From Eledone cirrhosa (lineage: Eukaryota), in contig OZ024742.1 in assembly GCA_964016885.1 (NCBI GenBank), positions 206,212,001-206,276,000 on the forward strand: a stretch of DNA of 64,000 bases, in the 5' to 3' direction. Of the stretch, positions 52,771 through 64,000 are shown in pieces. The position numbers were made by a program, and so were the translations under genes. Position 1 is the first letter of the stretch. Each line of letters opens with the position of its first letter. The notes under the pieces are model-generated. The model worked only from the letters and a program-made list of their open reading frames with translations. It searched no databases and had not been told where the DNA came from.

Positions 52771-52890
52771 TTTTCGAAATATTTACTTCTGAGTTTACAG
52801 ATTAATTTTTTTTTAGTTTCAGAGGATGCCGTTAAGGGTGAAATCAGCGATTCTTTGCTTAAACTTTAATCTGATATTTTAATAAATGTT
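52771..52890 (+). repeat. HHR-like direct repeat, copy 1
   Basis: agttt-CAGAGGA-...-GAAA-tca..tgc-TT-aaact; repeated at 55491-55605. Confidence 0.55.
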
Positions 52891-52972
52891 TACCCTATCG
52901 TTCTTATATATTTGATATATATTCATCCTTATCGAGCCCTCTTTGGATTTTAGTCTTCACATTTATTATTAT

Positions 52973-53023
<51 letters not shown>

Positions 53024-53159
53024 CAAAAGGGATATTCAATTTGTTGGTAATTCAACAAATATAAATGTTTATAACAGATTCAAAGCACTCGACATATTTT
53101 CTGGAGTATAATATTCAATGATATTAAATAAATGGAAACTATATTTATAAAACCATATT

Positions 53160-53220
53160 TATTCTATTATATATATTTCAAGGGTACCAACATTTTGGTA
53201 CGCTCTCATCAGATAAAATA
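53160..53220 (-). ncRNA. Type I hammerhead ribozyme at a PLE end
   Basis: Minus strand: tattttat-CTGATGA-gagc-gtaccaa-aatg-ttggtac-cctt-GAAA-tatata-TA-atagaata. Confidence 0.8.
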
Positions 53221-53709
53221 AAAAGTTTGTTTTATAAATATTGACATAAACAGGAAGAAGAACTTAACGGTTTTTCCTGGATAGTAAAAGAAAGAAGGGA
53301 AAGAGAAGTAAAGTCAAATATTTCAAATTATTAAGATGAGTATGCAAATGAGGTTGAAAAAAAAAGTTATTTTTAGACGCTATGTAGATTTAAATAATTA
53401 TTAGGATATATGTATGTATGTGTAAGAAGAAGAAAAAGAAAGAAAGAAGAGTTTGTATTTACGTTAATTTAAAAAGAATTAACAGTTTGTAGGAATGGTG
53501 GAATATGATTCCAGAATTAAAAAAGAATTATTTAGTTATATTATGAGTTATAATATTGTATATATAATCAATTAGATTATATGAAGAATTATGGTTGTAA
53601 GTATATTTTATCTTATTACATTACAATAGGTTGTAAGTATATAAATATATATATAGATTAATAATTGTGCAAATATAAGTATTATTGGTGATTTTATAGA
53701 AATAAATCA

Positions 53710-55250
53710 CTAATTATGCCTAAGTCAGATTTAGATGGTGCAATGAGTCTGACTGGTAGTTCAACTTCAAAATTTCTTTTGTGGTCCTTCAAGTTAATCT
53801 TCGGTTTTCTAGGTATAAAGGGTTCAGTCCTATTTTGAATGCCTAATTTATAAATGATTTCCGAAGCCTCTCTATTTAAGGTTGAAAGATTTTCATTTGA
53901 TGTCCTTTTATAGTTTTTCCTGGGTTCTTTCAGTATTAGGTTATTATAGTCGTCCTTTTCCATACCATATAAATTATTTGTTTTGTCAGATTTTACAAGG
54001 ATCTTCTTTGTTTTTTTCCAGTCAGACTCATCGCACCATCTAAATCTGACTTAGGCATAATTAGCAAGCATATACTAGATAGAATTATACCAATACTTAA
54101 AGAAAAATCACACCTTAAACTATGGAACGGTACTAATGAAGTAATAGATTGGTTTAAAAACATAAAATTAAAACAAGAAAAAATTCATTCAAATGGATAT
54201 TGCAAATTACTACTCCTCTATTACCCCTAGTTTACTTAATAAGGCACTTATCTACGCGTCTAAACATACAGACCTATCTAGTGAAGAAATGAATATCATT
54301 CTAGCAGCACGTAAAATCCTAATAGAATTGAATAATCATCTCTGGACAAGAGCCGACAGAAAAAACAATTTTGATATCACTATGGGATCATCTGACTCGG
54401 CGCAAGTGACGGACGTCGTTTGATTATTTATTAATAATGTACTACATAGAAAAATGCCAGAGATGACCGGAGGTTTATATCGCGACGATATGTTACCTTT
54501 AATTGAAAACCATAGCAATAGTGAAATTAATAGGAAAAAGAAATCCATAATACAACTACAACCTTAATTTAGAAATCGAGAATAATTACAAAATCGTTAA
54601 CTTTTTAGATGTAACCTTAAACCATAGCTCAGATCTTTACTATCCATTCCATAAAATTAACGAAAATCTAAATTACGTAAGTTTCAATTCTAATCATCCT
54701 AGGAATATAAAACACTATTGTCAATAGCGTCCAGCAACGGATTTCACGCATCTCCGCTAATAAAAATAGTTTTGATGATAAGGCTGAATATTATAATGAA
54801 GCTTTACATAGAGCAGGATACTCGAATAAAATTAAATACTTAGATAACAATAATATGACAAATCATCCTAGAATTCATTATAATAACAATAAACAATTCA
54901 ACTTAAATAGTAAACTAAACAAAAAAAGTAGAACTAGAAATATTATTTGGTACTCTCCTCCATTCTCATTAGGCGTTAAAACACCTTTAGCAAAGCTATT
55001 TTTTAAAGCACTAGACAAGTGTTTTCCTAAAACCCCCAGATACCACTCTATTTTTAACAGACACAATATAAAACTATCCTACTCTACTACTATGAACATA
55101 GCACAAAATATAAATAGAATTAATAATAGAATCTTAAATTTAAACCCTAACCAAACAAACCAAGATAGCAATAATAATATTTCTAACAACAATATTCATA
55201 ATAATAGTACCGTTCCTAATAACAACAACTCCAGAAAATGTAACTGTAGA
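53710..55250 (+). mobile_element. Penelope-like element with inverted 5' segment
   Basis: + strand RT 54019-55250 (DIANYYSSI, MGSSDSAQV, LYRDD, WYSPPF, CNC). Upstream RT segment inverted at 53710-54018. Confidence 0.88.
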
Positions 55251-55252
55251 AT

Positions 55253-55495
55253 TTCTGTCCTTAGGGCGTTCCTCTTCCAGTGTGTCCATGTAAGGGCTCC
55301 CACAGGAGCAATGAGTGCAGTGTCAACTCTGGATGTCGGTGAGCATGTCCAGCTAACATCAGTCTCCTCTGTGCTACTCTCGAGATGACTTTTGGGAGGC
55401 TCCTGTACAGCTCTGAGTTCTTCATCCTCAGTGTATACTGATTAATGTTCAGAGCCATCCTCAGCATTCTCGTGTAGCACCCATCCACCATTTTC
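55253..55495 (-). mobile_element. LINE C-terminal fragment of another RTE-group family
   Basis: DGCYTRMLRMALNI..NSELY..RRLMLAGH..LLWEP.HG..GRG. Confidence 0.75.
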
Positions 55496-55605
55496 AAAAT
55501 GTGTACGTCTGCATTTACAGATTAATTTTTTTTAGTTTCAGAAGATCCTGTAAAGGGTGAAAGCAGCGATTCTTTGCTTAAACTTTAATCTGTTATTTTA
55601 ATAAA
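55491..55605 (+). repeat. HHR-like direct repeat, copy 2
   Basis: agttt-CAGAAGA-tcct-gtaa-aggg-t-GAAA-gca..tgc-TT-aaact. Confidence 0.55.
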
Positions 55606-55777
55606 TAAATATAAATGTATATAACCTGGAGTTGCGACCGATAGATAGTACTAGCAATTGGAAAGACTAACGGAAACATTGTTTCTTCGGTCCGATTTGA
55701 CGAAAGTCAATCGATACTATATATATATATATATATTTGTTTTGCAAGTTTTTGATATGAAATAGTGTGTCGAACAA

Positions 55778-56181
55778 ATATTGTTATACTTGGGGAGGGT
55801 CATATTGTTGTAATAATATTGCCAGAAATAATAACAGAACACACTCACTGTCTGGTTGGTTTTCGCTTCTGTATCTTTTATATCTCCATAGTTAATTTAT
55901 TTGGCAATAAATAAAATAAAATTGGCGTAGACATACAATACAACAGGAGGAAACATAATAGTACCACTGATGATGTTGCAGATGTGCAACGAAAGAACTT
56001 TGATAGACTATAAATATATCTGTAGTATTAACCATTGGTCAATCAATGACAAACGTTGATTGCCAAATAAATTAACTATGGAGATATAAAAGATACAGAA
56101 GCGAAAACCAACCGAACAGTGAGTGTGTTACATTATTATTTCTGGTAATATTATTACAACAATATGACCCTCCCCAAGTAT

Positions 56182-56189
<8 letters not shown>
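55778..56189. repeat. Foldback element: ~130-bp inverted arms with a ~150-bp loop containing an HHR-like motif
   Basis: 55778-55908 is the reverse complement of 56059-56189. The loop has CTGATGA-t-gttgca-gatg-tgcaac-GAAA at 55967-55994. Confidence 0.8.
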
Positions 56190-56231
<42 letters not shown>

Positions 56232-56325
56232 ATACACATGTATACAAATAGTAAATGGAAACAACAAAGAAAACAACACAATACAATGAAGAAATATATA
56301 AGAAGCTTGATATAGGAGGAAAAGA

Positions 56326-56363
56326 TTCTTTACGTTTCGGACACTAGTTGTTCATCAGAAGAT
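56326..56363 (-). ncRNA. Ultra-minimal type I hammerhead
   Basis: Minus strand: tctt-CTGATGA-aca-actag-tgt-cc-GAAA-cg-TA-aaga. Stem III is the palindrome acgt. Confidence 0.65.
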
Positions 56364-56882
56364 AAAATGAGAAATAATAGATGAAATAGAAAGAAAAAGA
56401 ATGAGAACAGAATAAAATGAAAAATAAAATTTGTTTTGAGAATAAGCATGTGTGTATTCAGTCAGCCATTTTGGAGAGAAAAAAAATAAATAAAGGAGCT
56501 CACATATATGTTTATTCATGGTTGCATGTTTTCTTAAGTACAATATAAATTTAAAATGTTATATATTAATCAATGTTAGCATTCCTTTAGATGCACATGA
56601 GAAACCATAGTGTAGCATTTAGCTCTATGAAACAAAACTATAGAGGGTATCAATCAATTAATATGAATAAAGCAATTATGTTTCATATTTTTATAAAACA
56701 ACAATTACATTTGAGTTTGTGTATGAACATGTTAAACTTAAAACTTTGATATATAATACGCATGATAAGAAAACACTGTCATCTAATTTGATTATCATTC
56801 ATTGTACTCGATGATTCATTAACTAATGCAAAATTATACAAATGTGTGCATATCTATATGTTTATACACACACACACAAATA

Positions 56883-56933
<51 letters not shown>

Positions 56934-57005
56934 GGATGGTAGCTAAGATGCTTCCATAGGCAGTATGCCAGTTGAGCACTCTATGCTCTTACAGAGCAGA
57001 GTATG

Positions 57006-57236
57006 ATATAATATAAAACGAAAAATAAGTGATGCATCTGAACTCAATTTATTGTGTGTTACAATTGTTTCTCTCAAAGTGAGAGAATATGCTCCGAAAT
57101 CATTAGACGTGTCCGTTGAACATGCGGATCTGGAATCAGACAGATCCACACAATGATCGTGTCTCGAGCTGTCTGCCGGCGAAACAATTGTAACACACAA
57201 TAAATTGAGTTCAGTTGCATCACTGATTTTTTGTTT

Positions 57237-57247
<11 letters not shown>
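57006..57247. repeat. Foldback: ~66-bp inverted arms starting at an HHR 3' half
   Basis: Both arms begin GAAA-caattg-TA-acacac. The right arm is preceded by gtgt-CTCGA-gct..ggc, a core with a deletion. Confidence 0.75.
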
Positions 57248-57284
<37 letters not shown>

Positions 57285-57344
57285 ATCATCATCATCATCA
57301 TCTTCGTTTAATGTCCATCTTCCATGCTAGCATTGGTATATATA

Positions 57345-60300
57345 TCATCATCATCATCATCATCAACGTTTAACGTCCGTGTTCCACGCTTGCATGGGTT
57401 TGGACGGGGGTAGTCCCACTTGAGGCAAGAGTGATTGTCTTGCTCGCATAGGACTGTCTGGCAGGTTTTCTACAGTTGGATGCCCTTCCTAACACCAACC
57501 ACATTTACAGTGTGGGTCTGGGAGGTTTTTACCGTGTTGCCTACACGGCCACATTACAGCGTGGACTGTGTGTTTTTTTGTCGTGACACCTACACGATCT
57601 CATTTGTTTCGGCCTCGATGGCGCGGCACCAACATAACTTTACATAGAACGGGGTGGTGTGGATGGGGTGGGGGTGGGGTGTATTTTGTTAGAGATGCCT
57701 ACTGGCTGGAGTAGGTTTTACTATATATTTAGGTAAGGCGGGTCTTCTCTGTTACTGAGTACCGCCAAAGGTCTCGGTCCAGTGACATTGTCTTGGAGAG
57801 GTGTAAGTGTGTGATGTCGGAGTTTATCAGCTCGTCCCAGGTTTTTCTAGGTCTGCCTATTCCGTGACTACCGTCTATCTTTATTGCCCTGCACTTTGTT
57901 ATACAGCTATCGACTTTCATGCGCATCACGTGTCCATACCAACGTAGCCTTCTCTCGAGTAAACAACATCTGATCCCTCTTATCTCTAATTTTTTCCTTA
58001 GTTCGTTTATGCTTTGCCGTTCACGTATATTACTGTTACACATCCAGCGGAGCATGCAAGCTTCGTTCCTCTCTAGTCTGCGTATATCCTCTGCACACAA
58101 TGCCCAGGTCTCACTGCCATGCAGCATTGCTGTTCGTATGCAGGCATCGTACAACCTGCCTTTCATTTTTAGGGAGAACCCTTTAGCAGCTAATAGTGGT
58201 ATAAGCTCTCTGAACTTTTTCCAACCAGTTCTGACTCTAGCTACAGTACTTTCAGAGCACCCTCCCCCACTGCTGATTTTATCGCCCAGGTAAGGGAAGC
58301 TGTCCACTATTTCTATAGAACCCTCTGCGCAATTGAAAGAGCTAGTATTTTGTGGGCACTTGCTGCTACTTATTGCACCAGAACACCGGCCACATGTAAA
58401 ATCTATGTTCTTAGTTAGCTTACCTGTGATCCCACTACATCTTTTATGCACCCATACTTTGCATTTAGGACATAAAATGGAGTTTCTACCTACGCCTTTC
58501 TTACACACCGAGCACGACCATTTCCCAGAAGGGACCGCCGCCTTGTTTTCTTTCCTACAAACTAGTACTTTGGTCTTAGCCAGGTTAATTTTAAGTCCTT
58601 TTGACTCTAGGCCGTGCTTCCATGTTTGGAATTTCTTCTCTAGCTCGGCCATTGATTCCGCTATGAGTGTCAGGTCGTCTGCGTATAGGAGTTCCCATGG
58701 GCAGCCTGTCTTGAACTCCTCTGTTATAGCCTGAAGGGCAATAATAAATAGTAGTGGGCTGAGAACAGAGCCCTGATGGACGCCAACTTTTACGCTAAAC
58801 TCTTCACTATATTCGTTGTTAATTCTAACCTTGCTGACTGTTTCTTTATACATGGCTTGTATAGCCCTCACAAGCCATTCGTCAACGCCTAGTTTTCTAA
58901 GAGCCCACCAGATAATGGAGCGGGGGACTCTGTCGAAGGCTTTCTCCAAGTCGACAAAAGCTAAGTAGAGGGGTTTACCTTTAGCTAGGTACTTCTCCTG
59001 TAGTTGTCGTACTATGAAAAGAGCGTCTGTGGTACTTTTGCCTGACACAAACCCGAACTGCATTTCATCTAGGTCAATTCTCTCTCTGATTAGTTGCGCT
59101 ATTACTTTTTCCGTGACCTTCATGACCTGGTCGATTAATTTAATGCCTCTATAGTTACTCCTATCTAGGGCGTCTCCTTTACCCTTATAACAGTTAACGA
59201 TGATGCTGCTATGCCAGTCCTTCGGAACAACCCCATTCTGTACGACTTGGTTAACTATGCGGGTGACCATGGTGTGTCCCACCGTGCCAGATGCCTACAG
59301 CATCTCAGCAACTATTTCCGAAGGCCCAGCCGCCTTACCCGTCTTCATATCCTTGATTGCCTTACTTATTATACTCCCCTCGACTAACACTGCTGGTCCC
59401 TCTATTGGGTCGATATGGGGGAGACTGTCTTTCTCCCATTTATTCTCCTCATTTAGTAGCCTTTCATAGTGACACTTCCAAGCTACCTTCTTATCAGCGT
59501 CGGTGATGGCAAGTGTGCCATCGTCGTTTAGTACACACTTCTCCCCGACAATATCACGGTTTTCCTTGACGCATTGCCTAGCAATCCTGAACACCTCACG
59601 TTTTTGGTCATCGCGTTGTAGAACATGCTTGAACTTTCTTTCCTCAGCTTCCCTTCTTGCTAAGTACACTTGTCTCCTAGCTTCCCTCCTGGCCACTTGA
59701 TAGTCTTCTCTACTTCCCCCATCCCGCCATACTTTCCAAGCCTGCTTTTTGGCCTTAATTGACCCCTCCACCTTACTATTCCACCACCATGTTACTCTCC
59801 TCCTGCCTACAGGCCTGCTCCAGCCACAGACTTCGTCTGTCGCCAACAGCAGGTTTGCTTTCAGAAATTCCCACTCTCCCTCTATATTGTCCGACTCTAA
59901 ATGTTCTTCCTTACTGTCGAAAGCATCAAGTAATATGCTTTGAAATTTATTCCTTGCTGTGGGGTCCTTTAGCTTCCATATTTTTCTCCTGAGGATAGTC
60001 CTCTTCTGCTGTCGAGTACGTCTCGTCCTGACTATGAGGTCGCTAATTATCAGTCTATGTTGGGAGGTGCATTCTTCATGGGGGAGGGATTTAGTGTTTA
60101 CAACAGACACTCTGTCACGTCTTCTGGTAAGGATATAATCTACCTGGCTTGTGTGTTCCCCGGATCTATAGGTGATCAGGTGATTGTCACGTTTTTTGAA
60201 GTTAGTGTTACAGATAGTTAGGTTATTTGCATCACAGAATTCCAGGATTCTGGAGCCTTCCTCATTTCTAGTACCAAACCCATAGCCTCCATGGATTTCG

Positions 60301-60868
60301 TCGTAGCCGTCACAATGTTGTCCAACGTGACCATTTAGGTCGCCTGCGATAATTATATAGTCACTGTCGGATATTTGGGAGGTAGTTAGCATCAGTGTCT
60401 CATAGAATCTGTCTTTTATAGTGCCGGGCAGTCCGGATTGGGGTGCGTACGCAGATATTACTGTCACCGTAGTTCTATTGAGGACAAGTCGTATTTTAAT
60501 TATTCTGTCGTTCACTCTATTTACGTCTATTATCTTATCTGCCCACTTTTCTGCTACCATGATTCCTACTCCACCCAGCCCATCGTCGTTTCCCACCCAG
60601 AAAAGCTTATAACATCGTTTTTTACCTTCAATGAACTTAGCAGACCCACCCCTCCACCTGGTCTCTTGAATACAACAAACATCGACCTCCTTACGTTCAA
60701 GCATTTCTACAACCTCGTTAGCGCGACCCTTTAGGGTGCCTACATTTATGGTACCAACTCTGAAGTTTTGGATTGCGTTTGGGGGTTGGGGGCGGTGGGG
60801 GGGCGGGGGGCGATGGGGTTATGTTAGCCGACCGCGGTCGAAACAATGAGGAGTGCTCGCATTCTCGA
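57345..60868 (-). mobile_element. RTE-clade LINE, nearly intact APE-RT-PHD ORF
   Basis: ORFs 59295-60704 and 57729-59282 are in the same frame, split by one TAG at 59295-59297 (Lys in sibling copies). 3' UTR and (ATC)n tail present. Confidence 0.97.
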
Positions 60869-60891
60869 TATATATATATATATATACATAC

Positions 60892-60924
<33 letters not shown>

Positions 60925-61311
60925 CATTGACTAACTGTATTTAGTCTTAGTATTAGTATCTGTTAGCATTGACTGACTGTATTTGGTCCTAGTACCAGTA
61001 TCTGTTGACATTGAGCAAGGGTTGAACAGGTCTACATAGATCAACACTACCAAAGTGAGGCTATTGAACTCCCAGACAGACTGTATATATATAAAGGCCA
61101 GATAAAACAAAACAAAGTAATGTTTTGCCCAGTGTATTTCAACATGATATTTCAGGCTCATTTGAAAAGATGGTTTTAGCCCTAAAATATGTTGAAATAT
61201 ACTGGGTGAAACATTACTTTTTATTTCATTTGTCAAAATTTGCCTTTTGTATTTTTCTACCGCATTATACCAGCACTTTGAAAATTATCAGTCTTTTAGT
61301 ACAAATATATA

Positions 61312-61605
61312 GTGTAAAGTCGTGGTGTAGGTGTCATGAAAAGAAGCACCCAGCCCACACTGTAAAATGGTCGTGTAGGTGTCATGACAAAAAGCATCCA
61401 GTCCACACTGTAAAGTGGTCATGTAGGTGTCATGACAAAAAGCACCCAACACACACTGTAAATGTGTTTGGCATTAGGAAGGGCATCCAGCTGTAGAAAC
61501 CAAGCCAGAAAACAATTCTGTATAAGCAAAACCTGACCCAACTTGGCTCAAATGGGACCACCCGTCTAACCTATGCTAGCATGGAAGGTGGACATTAAAC
61601 AACAA
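61312..61605 (+). mobile_element. RTE-type tail element with three tandem 48-bp units
   Basis: Unit 'gtaaagtggtcgtgtaggtgtcatgacaaaaagcacccagtccacact' x3, then the standard tail. Confidence 0.75.
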
Positions 61606-61606
61606 T

Positions 61607-61671
<65 letters not shown>

Positions 61672-61884
61672 TATATATATGTGTATGTGTGTGTGTGTGT
61701 ATATACATATATAAAATGTTGTAGTTTGCTTGAAGCATTGTATATAAAATATAACGTCGAAAGAGATAGAAGGCTAAACAATGCAAAATGGACTGTAAGG
61801 TGAAGTAATGAAAAGTAAGTTACCTGGTAATCTTTGACTTGTTTTTTTGTTATTGTTGTTCTTTTTTCTGTCCAATATTTCGGG

Positions 61885-62604
61885 ACCTAAAAGCAATCCA
61901 GAGACAACAACAATCAATGCTCACTGACTAACTGCCCTATCCGCGATGCAGGTGTGTGCTAGCGGGCACATGTGGTATACCAGATTGAATGCAACAAATG
62001 TAAGGAGTTCTACATTGGTAGCACGACTTGAGCACTCCACACTCACATTAAAGAACACTTCAACACACACGCATCCTCATTCAAAAACACATTGACAAAT
62101 GTAGAAACATCAACCTACATATTACCGTTAACATTAAAGCCAGTGATAGAAATGTGGGCAATTTAAGAATTAAGGAAGCCTTGCTAATACGTAGATTCAA
62201 CCTGCAAATAAACAATAGATTAGAACTCAGCACACAGTACATGACATAAAAAGACATACCTACAGGCACACAAACTAAGCATCTCATATAAAAAAGAAAA
62301 CTGATTCCGCAAAATACTATATTGCAATGGAAGTTATTCTCGTGAAGAGTGAAATAACCATAAAAAAGTTTGAAAACAACTTTTAAAATTTAAATCAAAA
62401 ATTTAAATCAAAATCAAAATTTAATCCCAAAGAGAGGAAATTGGAAAGTTCCTTAAACTTTGAAGAAGCCTTAATGATTTCTCCTGAATGAAACAGTTCT
62501 AGTCCTGTAGAAGCCATTTCTATATTAAATATATTAAATATTTATACTCTGCTATGTATTGAGTACCTTACTTACTGTGGTAGCCCCCGATTGAACCCGG
62601 GATA

Positions 62605-62607
<3 letters not shown>
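61885..62607 (+). mobile_element. Penelope-like element 3' fragment (GIY-YIG endonuclease + terminal region)
   Basis: QCSLTNCPIRDAGVC..HVVYQIECNKCKEFYIGST..HIKEH..LRIKEALLI..QINNRLE, then an HHR-like segment at 62458-62515 and 'ctatgtattgagtacc'. Confidence 0.8.
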
Positions 62608-62666
<59 letters not shown>

Positions 62667-62937
62667 TTAGTTAAGCAAAGCAAGACCACAAATTTCACAA
62701 GGAAGATATTATTAAAAGATTGTCAACATATTTTAGTTTGATGTAAGGAATGTAGAGAATAATAATAATAATATTAATAATAATAATGCATGAACCCAGC
62801 CACCTAGCTGCTTTCTACTGCATATTGCACATTGAGCACATGCCTTTACGCTTTGGCTTCTAACTAATTCACCAATCTCTCCTCTCATATCTCCTCTCCT
62901 ATCTCCATCTCTCTCTTTAAGATTGGTTACTCTTGAA

Positions 62938-63018
<81 letters not shown>

Positions 63019-63150
63019 AATCAAGAAATCAAGCCAAAATCAGTTCTGTATGAGCAAGACATGGTTACCTGACCTGGCATTGCCCACAACAGGGCAACTC
63101 ATCTGACCCATGCTAGCTTGTAAAAGGATGATGATGTTGATGATGAGGAT
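63019..63150 (+). mobile_element. RTE tail fragment
   Basis: 'aagccaaaatcagttctgtatgagcaagacatgg..cccatgctagc' plus (GAT)n. Confidence 0.65.
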
Positions 63151-63299
63151 ATATATATAAAAGAATATAATTTCAAATACAAGTTTGGGTTTTTGAAGTA
63201 ATGTTACTTCAAAGAGTTTGTAACTCAGAGATCAGAGATTCACTCCAGGTAGAGCCACTACTTCTCTGAATTAAAAGATTACTGCTCCAATATTACAGA

Positions 63300-63547
63300 C
63301 ATTGGTTAGAATGTCTCAGAAAAAATCACTGGACAGATTTTATGGGCAAAACCAATTGGCAGGAGACACACCGCAAAATGGTTGGATAATATCCATGAGC
63401 TCAGCTTGTCTCACTTGGTGATCCAGCTGGATCAATTGGAGATGGTTGCTTCTGACATGACCCACTAGAGGGAGTGTTTGAGGACTCTGTACGCAAGACC
63501 TTCCCAAGAAGAAGAAGAAGAAGAAGAAGAAGAAGAAGAAGAAGAAA
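63300..63547 (+). mobile_element. LINE 3' end with (GAA)n tail
   Basis: Homologous to 37615-37830; ends in (gaa)13. Confidence 0.65.
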
Positions 63548-64000
63548 ATATTTATAAAAAAGCTTAATTTGTGATTACAGTTCCAAATTTCACTTGATTT
63601 CCATTGTAAGAAGTATTATTGATAAACCAAATGTTAAGAAATCACAAATTGGAACCACAAACGAAGGATTTTGAGGAAGATAAACCATTGACATTGTACT
63701 CTGATAAAAGTGTCATATCTCTATTCAGTATAAACATTGTCTGTAGGATTCTGTCTGATGAATAAATAGACATTTCTTCTGTTGGCAAGCAAGTTTGACG
63801 GACTGATGTTTTCTTAATAAGAACAATCCAGTGTTATCTACATCACACATGTTTGAAAGACTTGTTTGAGAGGTGATGACAGTAGCCATCATGCACAACC
63901 TTTCAGGTGTATATGGGATAAGCAAATTTTCCCCATCCACACTCAGTGTCATGCTTTACATAAAAAAATATTAAAACACATTCCAAATAAATAAACCATT

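Overview
AT-rich eukaryotic (animal) DNA made almost entirely of transposable elements and microsatellites ((TA)n, (ATC)n, (TG)n, (GA)n, (GAA)n). The repeat repertoire suggests an octopus/cephalopod genome (inference). No host protein-coding gene could be supported. The window holds seven copies of an RTE-clade LINE whose ORF carries a C4HC3 PHD-type finger just after the RT (one copy is nearly intact), at least six Penelope-like element (PLE; RT + GIY-YIG) copies or remnants, two Gypsy LTR retrotransposons with paired LTRs, Tc1/mariner, CRE and Ingi/Vingi-like fragments, and several tRNA-derived SINEs. The main unannotated signal is about 17 minimal type I hammerhead-ribozyme (HHR) motifs, from intact to degenerate, read by eye. 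They include a ~317-bp tandem/inverted array at the window start with one HHR per full unit (a candidate non-LTR retrozyme/circRNA), back-to-back HHR pairs forming small palindromes, and HHRs at PLE ends. Coordinates were counted manually and boundaries may be off by some bases.
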